Source: an uncultured Calditrichaceae bacterium (GTDB lineage Bacteria > Calditrichota > Calditrichia > RBG-13-44-9). From it: DNA of 64,000 nt. Location: assembly GCA_964495805.1 (NCBI GenBank), contig CAZBWV010000035.1:5924-69923 (forward strand), read 5' to 3'. The notes below the pieces were generated by a model. That model had not been told where the DNA came from. It saw only the letters and a list, made by a program, of their open reading frames with translations, and did no database searches. The translations under genes and the position numbers were made by a program. Positions 38,231 through 48,020 of the stretch are shown one piece after another; the stretch's first letter is position 1; every line of letters begins with the position of its first letter.

Positions 38231-39316
38231 TTATTTCCCTCCCCGAGGACGAATAGGGGTACGTTTGTAATCGGTCCGATTTAGATTCACATCAGTTCGT
38301 GGATCGTACGAAGCGTTATTGGTGTAGATAATATCGCCGTTGGGATTTTCCCACCGATATTGCCACTGATTGGAGCCCAATTCCACCTCTCCGGTAAATG
38401 GATTCACATATTCTTCCTGATCAGTCAGAGTAAGAAATACGTCGTTGTGAATTTCGGCATTGGTTCGCTGCTGGTGTTCCAGTATCTCCCGGTCGATTGC
38501 TTGTTGCTGGTGCATATTATCCACCAGTGCCTCCCCCCGGTGGTTCTGTCCGCCAATTTCCTGCGCTAACCACCGGGAATTAATTCGCACGGAGCCCTGA
38601 ATGATGCTGAATACCGGTTCCCAGCGGGCAAATTCCTCCTGTGGTGCCCGGATGAAAAAAGTACTCTTGTTTCCCCACATTCCGGCTCCCATCTCACCCC
38701 AGTTTTCGATAACGGCAATAATTTTTTCTTTAAAAACGATTCCGTTTTCCCGATAGGTTACAGTTGCCAGGGCAGCGTCGTATTGCATGGTGAGCATGGG
38801 GTTCATCCGATGAGTAAACTGCTGATAACTCCGCGCCAGCTTTTCCATCTGTCTTTGCTGGAGGATTTGAACATCGCTGGCGTTGGGATGGGCATAAGGG
38901 AACACTACCCGGGTGATGAATTCCGCCGCGCTCATCAAAGGATACACCGTCATCCCGTTGTAGTTGCTACCGGGCGGAAAAACCCCCATCTGACCGGCTG
39001 GAGAAAAACGCATATCCATAAACAGCATGTCCGGTAGCCAGCGAATCATCACGCTACCCGATTGATCTTTTTTCACGGAAAAATCCACTTTTGCAGCAAT
39101 GGACTGTGCCGCCCCACCCTGTGCAATGGGATTCACCCGAAAAATGCCCCCTTCGGTGAGCCAACCGGCAGGTATTAAAAGGGTAAATGCCTGTTCCCGG
39201 GGTTCGGTGGTGCGCTGAAAAATCACGGTTCCGGGTGGTGGGGCATCCTGACTATATGTGTGGCCAAACGGACAGAACAGGGCAAAGATTAGCGAAATAA
39301 GAAAATGTCTCTTCAT
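38231..39316 (-). CDS. secreted hypothetical protein
   Basis: A signal peptide MKRHFLISLIFALFCPFGHTYSQ after a GGAGG SD. I recognise no domain. Confidence 0.5.
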   Translation of the reverse strand: MKRHFLISLIFALFCPFGHTYSQDAPPPGTVIFQRTTEPREQAFTLLIPAGWLTEGGIFRVNPIAQGGAAQSIAAKVDFSVKKDQSGSVMIRWLPDMLFMDMRFSPAGQMGVFPPGSNYNGMTVYPLMSAAEFITRVVFPYAHPNASDVQILQQRQMEKLARSYQQFTHRMNPMLTMQYDAALATVTYRENGIVFKEKIIAVIENWGEMGAGMWGNKSTFFIRAPQEEFARWEPVFSIIQGSVRINSRWLAQEIGGQNHRGEALVDNMHQQQAIDREILEHQQRTNAEIHNDVFLTLTDQEEYVNPFTGEVELGSNQWQYRWENPNGDIIYTNNASYDPRTDVNLNRTDYKRTPIRPRGGK

Positions 39317-39462
39317 CTCGAATCCTCCTGTAAAGGATTGCTTTGCCGCCTTCGCACCTGGCAGTGACTTTTTCCCGTTCTTCACCATCTGATTTACGCT
39401 GCATGCGTCTGGGACCACGCTAAGTTCTGCTGGTTTTTCAGGTGTGGTGGGAACAGAGCTTA

Positions 39463-39993
39463 TCAGGAGAAGAGACCCAGCCCCACCAGCGCGATTCCCG
39501 ACAAGAGCAATCCGGTAATAAAAGCCATGTACGCCCAGCGGACGTAGCGATATTTTTTTACTGCCAGGAATTTCCCCAGCGTGTAAATCTCGCGGATTTG
39601 TGCCTGGTAATTCTTCGACGGGTCATTCAGAATGGTTTCCATCTCTTTTTCAAATTCGTCGTAATCCAGGTGCACAAAATTTCCGAAAAACAAAATGTTG
39701 AAATTAGGGCTGTGAACATCCACCTTCTGACCATGCTTGAGCGGGTAGTTGATTTTGGGCATCACCGTGTAAATGGCCAGCACAATGGTAAGCAGGGAGA
39801 AAGCGATAAGGATAATGGCGGGATATTTCAGTTGCGGATCGGTGACAAAACGAAAGGACAGACTGGTGACCACTGAGGCCAGGGTGAGCAGGATGTTGGC
39901 TTTCAGGTCGGCCATGGAGCTGAGCTGCACGTGGTGGTTGCGCGTCTGGCGGAGCATGTGATCGATGTGGCCGCCGGGACTTTTAACTTTCAT
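39463..39993 (-). CDS. small 3-TM membrane protein (TM hairpin, soluble domain of about 80 aa, C-terminal TM). SLATT/Pycsar-effector-like is only a guess.
   Basis: The hydrophobic segments are LKANILLTLASVVTSLSF, AIILIAFSLLTIVLAIYTV and MAFITGLLLSGIALVGLGLF. A GGAG SD lies before ATG 39993. Confidence 0.5.
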   Translation of the reverse strand: MKVKSPGGHIDHMLRQTRNHHVQLSSMADLKANILLTLASVVTSLSFRFVTDPQLKYPAIILIAFSLLTIVLAIYTVMPKINYPLKHGQKVDVHSPNFNILFFGNFVHLDYDEFEKEMETILNDPSKNYQAQIREIYTLGKFLAVKKYRYVRWAYMAFITGLLLSGIALVGLGLFS

Positions 39994-40100
39994 GGTACAC
40001 TCCACAATCTGTTTTCCTGATCCGGAAGGAAACGGTAGAAGTATGCGCGTAAAAGTGACGATTTCGTTGTGTGCTCCTCAATTAATAAACCTCGCTGTTT

Positions 40101-41591
40101 TTATTTCAGTAGCAGCATGTGCCGGGTCTGGTGGAATTTCCCGGCAGTTAACCGATAGAAGTACATACCCGCCGGTGCCTCTCCGGCATTCCAGAAGATC
40201 CGATATTCTCCGGGAGGCAGTGGTCCGTTCACCAGCGTAGCCACAATTCGCCCAAGCGGGTCGAAAATTTGTAGAGTAATCTGTGTCTGCTTTTCCCCTC
40301 CTGCGGGAACTGTAAATGGAATGGTGGTTCCCGGATTAAACGGATTGGGATAATTAGCCATCAGAGAGAATTGAGCCGGGAGCGGGTTGCCGTGGGGTAA
40401 TTCGGACGGGTCTTCGTATTCCAGCGCACCCATGTCCGGTGCACTTCCGGAATATTGGGTGGAGTCCAGAGCCACCAGAGTGTCTCCATTATTCACCAAA
40501 AAGGCGGTGCCGGAGTCGATGCAGGGGGAACCTGCGGAAAGTCGAAAATCGCCAGCTGCAGGTTGCGTAAACATCGGATTGGAGTTCAGATTGCCGGTTC
40601 CGCCAAAATTGCCCGGGACATCGCTGTAATACACACTGGCCTGTCCCATGATGTCCAGGTAAATTTCGTTTCCGTAGCCGGTATTTCCCCACACAATGGA
40701 GTTGGTCAGGTAAAGATTGGTGTAGCTCAGGTAAATTCCTCCGCCCCAGCCAGCGGTTCCGTTGCTGGCGACGGTGCAGTTGGTAAGGATTAATTCACTC
40801 AGGTTGGCCTGTACGCCCCCGGCCTGCGTCCCTGCCTGATTATGATGCATCAGGCAGCGAAAAAATCGGGGGGTGTAAGCCGATTCGCAGCAGAGCGCCG
40901 CTCCGTGGTAACCGGTGTTGTTGTAGGAGATTTCGCACCGATTGAATGTTCCTCCGGAAAAATAAAGATAGATGGCACCGCCATCGTAAACGGCGGAGTT
41001 ATCGGAGAATCGGCAATCTTCTACCAGCGGATTGGCGTTCCAGCAAAACAGCCCCCCGCCGTGGTGATCGGCGCTGTTGTGCAGAAAGACGCTGTGGCGG
41101 ATGGTTACGTCGGTGCTCCACAGGGAGACACCACCGCCGCTGTTGTCCGGCCAGTCGCCAGTGGCGTGGCCATGGGAGAAATGGCAGTAAGCCAGCTCGC
41201 TGCCCGGGGAGGCATCGGTAAAGCGCAAACCGCCCCAGGCCGACACACCACTGTCCGGCATGAACCAGATGCTGTCCGATTCACTCCCCACAGCTCGCAG
41301 ATATCCGTTTACCCGGAAGCGATAATTCCCCTGAAATAAAATTTGAACTCCAGGCTGGATGATTAAACTATCTCCGGCCGGTACCGTTACCTGGCCGGTA
41401 ATCAGGTAGGGAGAGCCGGAGAGGTCCCAGAGGCCGGATTGGTTCCCGCTAACGGGGGTTTGGGCAAATACCCGGGTCAGTACCGGTAGCAAAAGTAAAA
41501 TGCTGAACAGGAATTGACGGGAAAAATTCCCCGATTGCCGGAGTATTCCGCTCAATCGGAAGAAATGCGCATGGGTAAATTGTGTGTTCAT
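40101..41591 (-). CDS. secreted right-handed beta-helix repeat protein with a T9SS C-terminal sorting domain
   Basis: Repeated G-x-G/N beta-helix turns (HGGGLFCW, DGGAIYL, GGGIYLS). The C-terminus NYPNPFNPGTTIPF...GMYFYRL is a Por_Secre_tail. The ATG overlaps the upstream stop as ATGA. Confidence 0.75.
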   Translation of the reverse strand: MNTQFTHAHFFRLSGILRQSGNFSRQFLFSILLLLPVLTRVFAQTPVSGNQSGLWDLSGSPYLITGQVTVPAGDSLIIQPGVQILFQGNYRFRVNGYLRAVGSESDSIWFMPDSGVSAWGGLRFTDASPGSELAYCHFSHGHATGDWPDNSGGGVSLWSTDVTIRHSVFLHNSADHHGGGLFCWNANPLVEDCRFSDNSAVYDGGAIYLYFSGGTFNRCEISYNNTGYHGAALCCESAYTPRFFRCLMHHNQAGTQAGGVQANLSELILTNCTVASNGTAGWGGGIYLSYTNLYLTNSIVWGNTGYGNEIYLDIMGQASVYYSDVPGNFGGTGNLNSNPMFTQPAAGDFRLSAGSPCIDSGTAFLVNNGDTLVALDSTQYSGSAPDMGALEYEDPSELPHGNPLPAQFSLMANYPNPFNPGTTIPFTVPAGGEKQTQITLQIFDPLGRIVATLVNGPLPPGEYRIFWNAGEAPAGMYFYRLTAGKFHQTRHMLLLK

Positions 41592-42874
41592 CAGCGTATC
41601 AGCACCATTTTTATTGTTTGTTGATGGATGATTTCCAGGTTGTCCGGTGCAGTTGCGGTCATCCGGCAAAAATACACCCCTCCCGGCAGCGTCCCCGCCT
41701 GCCATTCTGTCTGGTAGCTTCCTGCGGTTCGGACTCCCTCATTCAGGATGGCAACTTGCCTGCCAGTAATGTCGAAAATTTCCAGCACCACTCTGGCGGT
41801 GGTGGCCAGCCGGTACGCGATACGTGTGGATGGATTAAACGGGTTGGGGTAATTCCCCACCAGCCGGGTGGTGCGTGGGATCGTTGAGTTCCGATCGTTG
41901 GTTAAACGGTTCGGTGGTTCCCCGCCGGTGGTGGTCCGTAAAATCACGCCACCACTCCCCACCACAAAGCCGGTATCTGGATTCAGAAAATGCACAGCAT
42001 TCAGAGCGGCAGCAACTCCACTGTTCTGAAACATCCAGAAGCCGCCATAATTGATGCTTTTCACAATCATTCCCTGATCGCCCACGGCATATACTACCAC
42101 CATGGTGTCCACATCCAGCGCTTCCACACCGTTCATGGTCGTATTAAAGATTGTGGTATTCCAGTTCTGCCCACCGTCGCTGGTCACGGAGATGGCTCCG
42201 CCGCCGTTCCACAGGCGGCTGGCAGCAAAACCGGTATCGGGGTTGATGAAATCCAGCGCCAGAATTCGACCCTCGTTGTTATTTAAATAGAACACCGAAA
42301 AACTCCAGTTCATTCCGCCGTTGGTGGTTTTTGCCAGAATAGGCTGAAAGATGGAGTTCTCACCGCCTAAATATCCCACATTCTCATTCACCATGCTGGC
42401 GCCAAAAAAGCCACCTCCCATCAAGCCGGACTGAAACACCGTCCAGGTGCGCCCGGCATCCTGGGAGTACAGAATACCCTGGTCCTGAGCCCCGCAGATA
42501 CCAATGTCTCCGCAAAAAGAGACGGAGCGCAATTTGCTGAAAATCCCGCTGCTGATTTCCGACCAGGTCGCACCACCGTCTGTGGTCCGAAAAATCTTAC
42601 CGGATTGTCCCACCACCAACCCGGAATCCGCATTGAAGAAATAAATGCCGTACAAATTGGGGGCACCTGCCGGAGAGATATCGCTCCAGCTGAAACCGGC
42701 ATCGGTGGTTTTTAATACCAGACCATTGTCGCCCGCAACAAAGCCGGTGCTATCGTCCACAAACCAGACGGCATTTAAATTTACCGTTGTACCGGAAACA
42801 AGCGGTTCCCAACCAAATTGGGAAAACGCCGGGCAAAAGATCAGGAAAACCAGAAAAATGGTGAATGCTTTCAT
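41591..42874 (-). CDS. BNR/Ycf48-like repeat protein with a T9SS C-terminal sorting domain
   Basis: Repeated TTDAGFSW, TTDGGATW, DAGRTW, TNGGMNW and SDGGQNW motifs. C-terminus NYPNPFNPSTRIAY...GVYFCRM. Confidence 0.75.
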   Translation of the reverse strand: MKAFTIFLVFLIFCPAFSQFGWEPLVSGTTVNLNAVWFVDDSTGFVAGDNGLVLKTTDAGFSWSDISPAGAPNLYGIYFFNADSGLVVGQSGKIFRTTDGGATWSEISSGIFSKLRSVSFCGDIGICGAQDQGILYSQDAGRTWTVFQSGLMGGGFFGASMVNENVGYLGGENSIFQPILAKTTNGGMNWSFSVFYLNNNEGRILALDFINPDTGFAASRLWNGGGAISVTSDGGQNWNTTIFNTTMNGVEALDVDTMVVVYAVGDQGMIVKSINYGGFWMFQNSGVAAALNAVHFLNPDTGFVVGSGGVILRTTTGGEPPNRLTNDRNSTIPRTTRLVGNYPNPFNPSTRIAYRLATTARVVLEIFDITGRQVAILNEGVRTAGSYQTEWQAGTLPGGVYFCRMTATAPDNLEIIHQQTIKMVLIR

Positions 42875-42892
42875 TGAAAACCCCCTGGAATT

Positions 42893-45574
42893 TTATTTAA
42901 TGAGAACCATTTTCTTCACCAATTTCCGATTTCCGTAAGTTAATTGGTAATAGTAAATTCCGCTGGGGATGGAACGGTGGGAGGCATCCCACTGAATTTG
43001 GTATTCCCCGGGCGGTAACTTTCGGTGTATCAACGTTTCTACCTGTCGCCCCAATATATCAAAAATTTGCAGGGTAACCAAATCGAAATTCCCGGTGGAG
43101 CCAGGGGAACCGGGAATGGAGAAAGTGATGGTAGTAACCGGATTAAACGGGTTGGGGAAGTTTTGCTTCAGCCGAAATTTTAAGGGAACGGGCGGAGAAT
43201 CAGCCGTCAGATCGTTGGGGATGTTCACGTTCAATTGCACGGGGATGAGCAGCGTATGCCGGTCCGGATCGTTGCTGGTGAGCAGCAGATGTGCCCGGTA
43301 GCGCCCGGAATTCAGACCAGCGGCGTTTACCTCCAGGGTAATAGTGGTGCTCTGCCCCGGTTCCAGCGTACCGGAGGTGTCATTCACCGTTAACCAGGGG
43401 CAATCAGCGGTGGGAATTCCGACATCGGCACTGATAATCTGCTTGCGGGTGTTGTCGGCAAAACGCAGGTATTGCCCGTCGAAAGTGATGCCACCGTCAG
43501 AGTTCCCCGGTGTAATCATCGATTGCACCACGGAGTCTCCCGCCAGTTGCCACAGCTGGTAGGTGATGGCATACCACAGATGGCTGCCATCCCAGCCGAG
43601 TCCCTGGCACCAACCGGCTGGCACCGGGATGGTGTCCGTTACCGTGCCAGTGGTATCGAAACGGATAATCAGGCTATCGGAACCTCCACGGTATAGGTCG
43701 GTGCCGTCGCAGGTTAATCCTTCGCCGTTAGGTAGAGGGTTGGGAATGCTGCATAGAATATCTCCGCTTAGCGGGTGGATTTTCCGAATCTGGTCTCCGG
43801 CGAAATCAAAAAACCACAGGTAATATCCGTCGTGGGCTAAACCGCCGGGAAACGTGCTGGCTGTGGGAAACGTTCGGAGCACCTGTCCTGTGACCGGATC
43901 GAGCTTTATGATTTTCTGATTGGTGACATCGGCAATCCAGATTCCCAGATTACCCCAGGTCAGTCCGTTGACCTCCTCCGTTCCGGCGGGAAAGGGCAGT
44001 TCAAAAACACGGAAAGGAAGAGAGTCCCGCTGGGTACCGGAGTCAAGATGGCGGGTTGAAATGGAGGTCTGGCGGTCAACCAATTTCCACTTCAGAGTTT
44101 TGCAACCGGGTGTTGCCGTGTTGGTGATGGTGAATGTGGCACTTGCTGTTCCGGATGTGCCCACGTACATATCGAAACCGGTGGGAGAGACACCCACCTG
44201 CGCTGCCGGAGCATACTTCAGCAGGCAAAAGTCGTCCCGGCTTCGGCCAGCGACGTACAGAATGTTTTCCGTTTCCACATTCAGGGCGTGGCCCACCTCC
44301 TGCCATCCGGTGGAGCGAAACTGTGCCGACCACTGCAAATTCCCTCCGGAATCGAACTTAACCGTCAGAATATCCGTCCGATTGCTGAGGTTCCCGGTAA
44401 GGTACACATTTCCCAGATCGTCAACAGAGAGGGCTTCGGGGGCATCATCTCCAAAATTTTCGTAACGGGCTTCCCAGAGCAGATTTCCTGAGGGATCGTA
44501 TTGAACCACAGCGATATCCTTTCCGGTACCGGACATGGAGTAGGCGGTGCCAGCCACCAGGATGTTTCCGTTTCCGTCCAGAGTTAACAGATAGGCTTCG
44601 TTCATGGAATCGGGAGCAGCATAGAGGCGCACCCAGAGGGTATCGCCGGTTGCCGCATCATAACAGATGGTGCAAAATGCGGTATATACGGCGCCACCTG
44701 TGAATGCCCGTCCGGCTACGTACACATGGCCATTGTTGTCTGCAACCACAGCGTAAGGGTAATCCGTGTTGTGTGCGGGACCATCGTAGATGGCAACCCA
44801 TTGTTGCTGACCGGCGGAATCGTACTTCACCGTGGCAAAGTTAATGGAGCCGGTTGGTGCTGTTCCCACAACGTATAAATTTTCCTGAGCATCCCGGGCA
44901 ATGGCAGCAGGCCGGAAGTAATCGGTTGAAGAGGTTGGGTAGCGAGCTGTCCACAATACCTGACCCCGGTGGTTTATTTTCATGGTGCAAAAACTGGTGG
45001 CGTAAGGGATCACGGAACTGTCCTTGCGAGATCCGGTGACGTACACACACCCCTGAGAGCCATACGTCATCATAGGGGTTGTTTTTCCGTTGGATTCGCA
45101 CCACATGCCGGGGATGCGCATCGTCCAGACTGTATCGCCGGTATCCGGGCGGTATTTTAAGACGAAATACCAGGGAGCCTGAGCCGGTGGTGCACCCCAG
45201 CCACTCACATAGACAAACCCCGAATCATCCACCACCAGTCCGTGGGGACGATCGTCCATATTGCCTCCATCGAAACGAAAAGCCCAGAGCGAATCTCCTT
45301 CCGGAGAGAAGCAGGCGGTGAATATGTCTGCATTGCTGGTGCCAGTGACCAAAAACTGACCGGCATCGTTCCGGCACATGTAGTAAGCTTCGTCCGTGCA
45401 TCCGGGACCTCCATTCAAAAAACTCACCCAGGCGGTATCCACCTGAGCGGTTGCCAGGCTAATTAGCAGAAGGGTAAACGCAAAGATTCGGAGTCTGATG
45501 CCGGACTCCTTACGGAATGTTAAGATTTTTGGTGGAATCATGGTTGTTCCTCCGAATTTGGATGAGTGGATCAT
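42893..45574 (-). CDS. large secreted SBBP/beta-propeller repeat protein with a T9SS C-terminal sorting domain
   Basis: Repeats DSGFVYVSGW, NGHVYVAGR and LGNVYLTGN. C-terminus NFPNPFNPVTTITF...GIYYYQL. Confidence 0.7.
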   Translation of the reverse strand: MIHSSKFGGTTMIPPKILTFRKESGIRLRIFAFTLLLISLATAQVDTAWVSFLNGGPGCTDEAYYMCRNDAGQFLVTGTSNADIFTACFSPEGDSLWAFRFDGGNMDDRPHGLVVDDSGFVYVSGWGAPPAQAPWYFVLKYRPDTGDTVWTMRIPGMWCESNGKTTPMMTYGSQGCVYVTGSRKDSSVIPYATSFCTMKINHRGQVLWTARYPTSSTDYFRPAAIARDAQENLYVVGTAPTGSINFATVKYDSAGQQQWVAIYDGPAHNTDYPYAVVADNNGHVYVAGRAFTGGAVYTAFCTICYDAATGDTLWVRLYAAPDSMNEAYLLTLDGNGNILVAGTAYSMSGTGKDIAVVQYDPSGNLLWEARYENFGDDAPEALSVDDLGNVYLTGNLSNRTDILTVKFDSGGNLQWSAQFRSTGWQEVGHALNVETENILYVAGRSRDDFCLLKYAPAAQVGVSPTGFDMYVGTSGTASATFTITNTATPGCKTLKWKLVDRQTSISTRHLDSGTQRDSLPFRVFELPFPAGTEEVNGLTWGNLGIWIADVTNQKIIKLDPVTGQVLRTFPTASTFPGGLAHDGYYLWFFDFAGDQIRKIHPLSGDILCSIPNPLPNGEGLTCDGTDLYRGGSDSLIIRFDTTGTVTDTIPVPAGWCQGLGWDGSHLWYAITYQLWQLAGDSVVQSMITPGNSDGGITFDGQYLRFADNTRKQIISADVGIPTADCPWLTVNDTSGTLEPGQSTTITLEVNAAGLNSGRYRAHLLLTSNDPDRHTLLIPVQLNVNIPNDLTADSPPVPLKFRLKQNFPNPFNPVTTITFSIPGSPGSTGNFDLVTLQIFDILGRQVETLIHRKLPPGEYQIQWDASHRSIPSGIYYYQLTYGNRKLVKKMVLIK

Positions 45575-45615
45575 TCTCCTTTGCCATAAGGGAAAGATGA
45601 GAAAAGGCGATTTAC

Positions 45616-47232
45616 TTACTGGAGCAGAAGCATTTTCCCGGTTCGAATGATCTGGCCCGACTGAAGCCGATAAAAATACACGCCGCTGGAAAGGTTCTCA
45701 CCATTCTGGTTGGTGCCATCCCAGATGATTCGGTGTTCGCCAGGTGGAAACGTTTGCCGAACCAGCGTGCGGACTTTTCTTCCGGTGGCATCGTACACAT
45801 CTAAGCAGATAGGGGCGGTCTTTGCATTGCGAAACAGGATGATTGTGCGCGAATTAAACGGATTGGGATAGTTTGCATGCAGATCGATATTTGCCGGTGC
45901 TGAATGTTTCGGGCGCGATATGTTTGTGATAGAAGAAGGGAGTTTGAGGGCTACCAGATAATGTTGGGGTCCGTTGAAACTGACCCCGCTTACCAGGACG
46001 TCACCGGAGGGATCGATGGCAACACCGTATCCGTCGTTACGATCGGTACCCGGAACGGAGTAGATGGCATCCCATGCCAGCGTACCATCGGGCAAATACT
46101 TCAGGGTGGTAATCCGGTTGACTAAATAATACTGCTCCTTTGTCCAGCCGGTCAGATAAATGTTCCCATCGGCATCCAGTGCCATGTCGTTAATCTTGTT
46201 ATCCTGTGAGAGGGTGTAGTAAAATCGAACCCACACCGTGTCTCCCATGGCGTTATATTTAATGAGGGTTATTTTGGATTGGGAACCCCCTGCCACGTAG
46301 ATCTGGTTGGAATCGTGTACGGCAATTCGTCGGGCGAATTCAGCACCGCCGCCGGACTGATTATAGAGCCGGATCCAGCGGAGTTGCCCGTGACGGTTAA
46401 TTTTGGCTACCGCAATGTCGTATCCGGTAAGGGTCTCCAGGGTAAATCCGGTCACATAAACATTTCCGGCGTCATCAACAGCTACGTCGGCGGCTTCGTC
46501 GGAATAGTTCGCGCTACCATTGTGGGCGAAAACCCAGCGGAAGTTGCCGGAAGAGTCGTATTTTACCACAGTAATATCGCGTTGGGTCACAGCCCCGGTG
46601 GTATAGCCCGCAATCAGTACATTTTCGGAATCGTCCAGTGTTACCCGGTAAGGAATGTCCAGACCGTTCCCTGAACCGTTATAATGGGCAATCCATTTTA
46701 CGGTACCGTCGGATTGGTACTTCACCACACTGAAATCGCTACCAGTTTGCGGATGGCTGGAATAGCCGATGGCGTAGGCATTGCCGGATGGTGCCGGTTT
46801 CAGATCGTAAACCGCCTTCATACCTTCTGCCGGAGTGTGCTTCCAGCAAAATTGCCCGGTGGAGTCCAGTTGAATCACCGTCCAGCCATCGCTATTCTGG
46901 GTGGAAGAAAAACCACCTACCCACACACGACCCTGTGAATCCGCTGCCACTACCCGTGCAACATCCATCCCGTTTACCAGCGAGTCGTTGTAGGTGTACT
47001 CCCATGCCAGTCCGCCCTGTGGGGTAAATTGAGCCACTTTTAAATCCTCTTGTGTGGTTTCGTCGATAAAACCGCATAAGATGAGATTTCCGGCGGGCGA
47101 GACCGCCAGCTGGCGAATGTAGTCGTCGTATATCTGACCATTTACCTGGTTGCTCCATTCCGGTGTAACCTGGCACAGCACAATCCCGAACCACAGCCAT
47201 CCGATGATTCCCCAAAAATATGCTGCTCTCAT
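45616..47232 (-). CDS. secreted SBBP/beta-propeller repeat protein with a T9SS C-terminal sorting domain
   Basis: Repeats DAGNVYVTGFT, DADGNIYLTGWT and DPSGDVLVSGVS. C-terminus NYPNPFNSRTIILF...GVYFYRL. An AAAGGGGA SD lies before ATG 47232. Confidence 0.7.
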   Translation of the reverse strand: MRAAYFWGIIGWLWFGIVLCQVTPEWSNQVNGQIYDDYIRQLAVSPAGNLILCGFIDETTQEDLKVAQFTPQGGLAWEYTYNDSLVNGMDVARVVAADSQGRVWVGGFSSTQNSDGWTVIQLDSTGQFCWKHTPAEGMKAVYDLKPAPSGNAYAIGYSSHPQTGSDFSVVKYQSDGTVKWIAHYNGSGNGLDIPYRVTLDDSENVLIAGYTTGAVTQRDITVVKYDSSGNFRWVFAHNGSANYSDEAADVAVDDAGNVYVTGFTLETLTGYDIAVAKINRHGQLRWIRLYNQSGGGAEFARRIAVHDSNQIYVAGGSQSKITLIKYNAMGDTVWVRFYYTLSQDNKINDMALDADGNIYLTGWTKEQYYLVNRITTLKYLPDGTLAWDAIYSVPGTDRNDGYGVAIDPSGDVLVSGVSFNGPQHYLVALKLPSSITNISRPKHSAPANIDLHANYPNPFNSRTIILFRNAKTAPICLDVYDATGRKVRTLVRQTFPPGEHRIIWDGTNQNGENLSSGVYFYRLQSGQIIRTGKMLLLQ

Positions 47233-47332
47233 GTTTCCCCTTTCTTTTTTGTATCTAATGAACAATTCATTGCGTTAAAAATTGGCGCGGAAAATATTTG
47301 AGAGATTGCAGCGCACGGGTTTCGGAATCGCC

Positions 47333-47950
47333 TCAGGGAGATTTGTGTTGGGCAGACGCACGGTGAATTTGCTGGTAAATATTGCGAATTTCCCGGAAGA
47401 TGTGCGTTGTGGTGCAGTTCAGTACACTGGCCATGGTCCGGTCGGAGTCGCCGCGCGCGGCATGCTGTAAGATGCGTTGCTGAAAAGCGGACATTCGGAG
47501 CCGGAAGGACGGTTGAGATGCTTGTAGAAGAATCGTCCGGGCAAGGGAAGGATTCAGGGGGGAACCTCCCTGAAGAATTGTGCGAAGCACCTTCCGGGTT
47601 TTTTCCGGAGCCGATTTTTGAATCACAAATCCCACCGCTCCCGCCCGAATGGCTTCCAGAATGTCCGGACTTTCTTCCCGCGCCGCACAAAGCACAACTT
47701 GCATATTCGGGTGGTACCGAATTAATTGGCGGATGCTTTCGGGGTTATTCAGACCCGACAATCCGTTTCCAATGAGCACCAACCGCACCCGATGAAATCT
47801 GGGATCAGCAAATGCTTCTTCGAAAGAGGCGTAGGTATGTACGGGCGCAAAGAAGGGTTCATTTTCTAAAAGCAGTACTAAACCATCCCGTACGAACCGG
47901 TTGTTGTGGATAATAGCCGTGGGAATGGGTATGGCTCCGGAATGGTGCAT
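47333..47950 (-). CDS. LuxR/FixJ-family transcriptional regulator with a degenerate (aspartate-less) receiver domain
   Basis: A C-terminal LuxR HTH (QQRILQHAARGDSDRTMASVL...THIFREIRNIY). The REC-like N-terminus has HNN where the acidic pair normally sits, and G/N at the phospho-Asp position. A GGAGG SD lies before ATG 47950. Confidence 0.7.
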   Translation of the reverse strand: MHHSGAIPIPTAIIHNNRFVRDGLVLLLENEPFFAPVHTYASFEEAFADPRFHRVRLVLIGNGLSGLNNPESIRQLIRYHPNMQVVLCAAREESPDILEAIRAGAVGFVIQKSAPEKTRKVLRTILQGGSPLNPSLARTILLQASQPSFRLRMSAFQQRILQHAARGDSDRTMASVLNCTTTHIFREIRNIYQQIHRASAQHKSP

Positions 47951-48020
47951 GGAGTCGCCTCCTATCCTGAGTTTAAGATTTTTCGGCGTGCGGTTGCGTG
48001 GCTTATCGTAATGCATTGCG

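Noticed and set aside
39463-41705. A complete Pycsar, CBASS or other cyclic-nucleotide defence system around the small 3-TM protein
   Set aside because: There is no cyclase, SMODS, CD-NTase or other sensor gene within several kb on either side. Its neighbours are a secreted hypothetical and T9SS cargo proteins.
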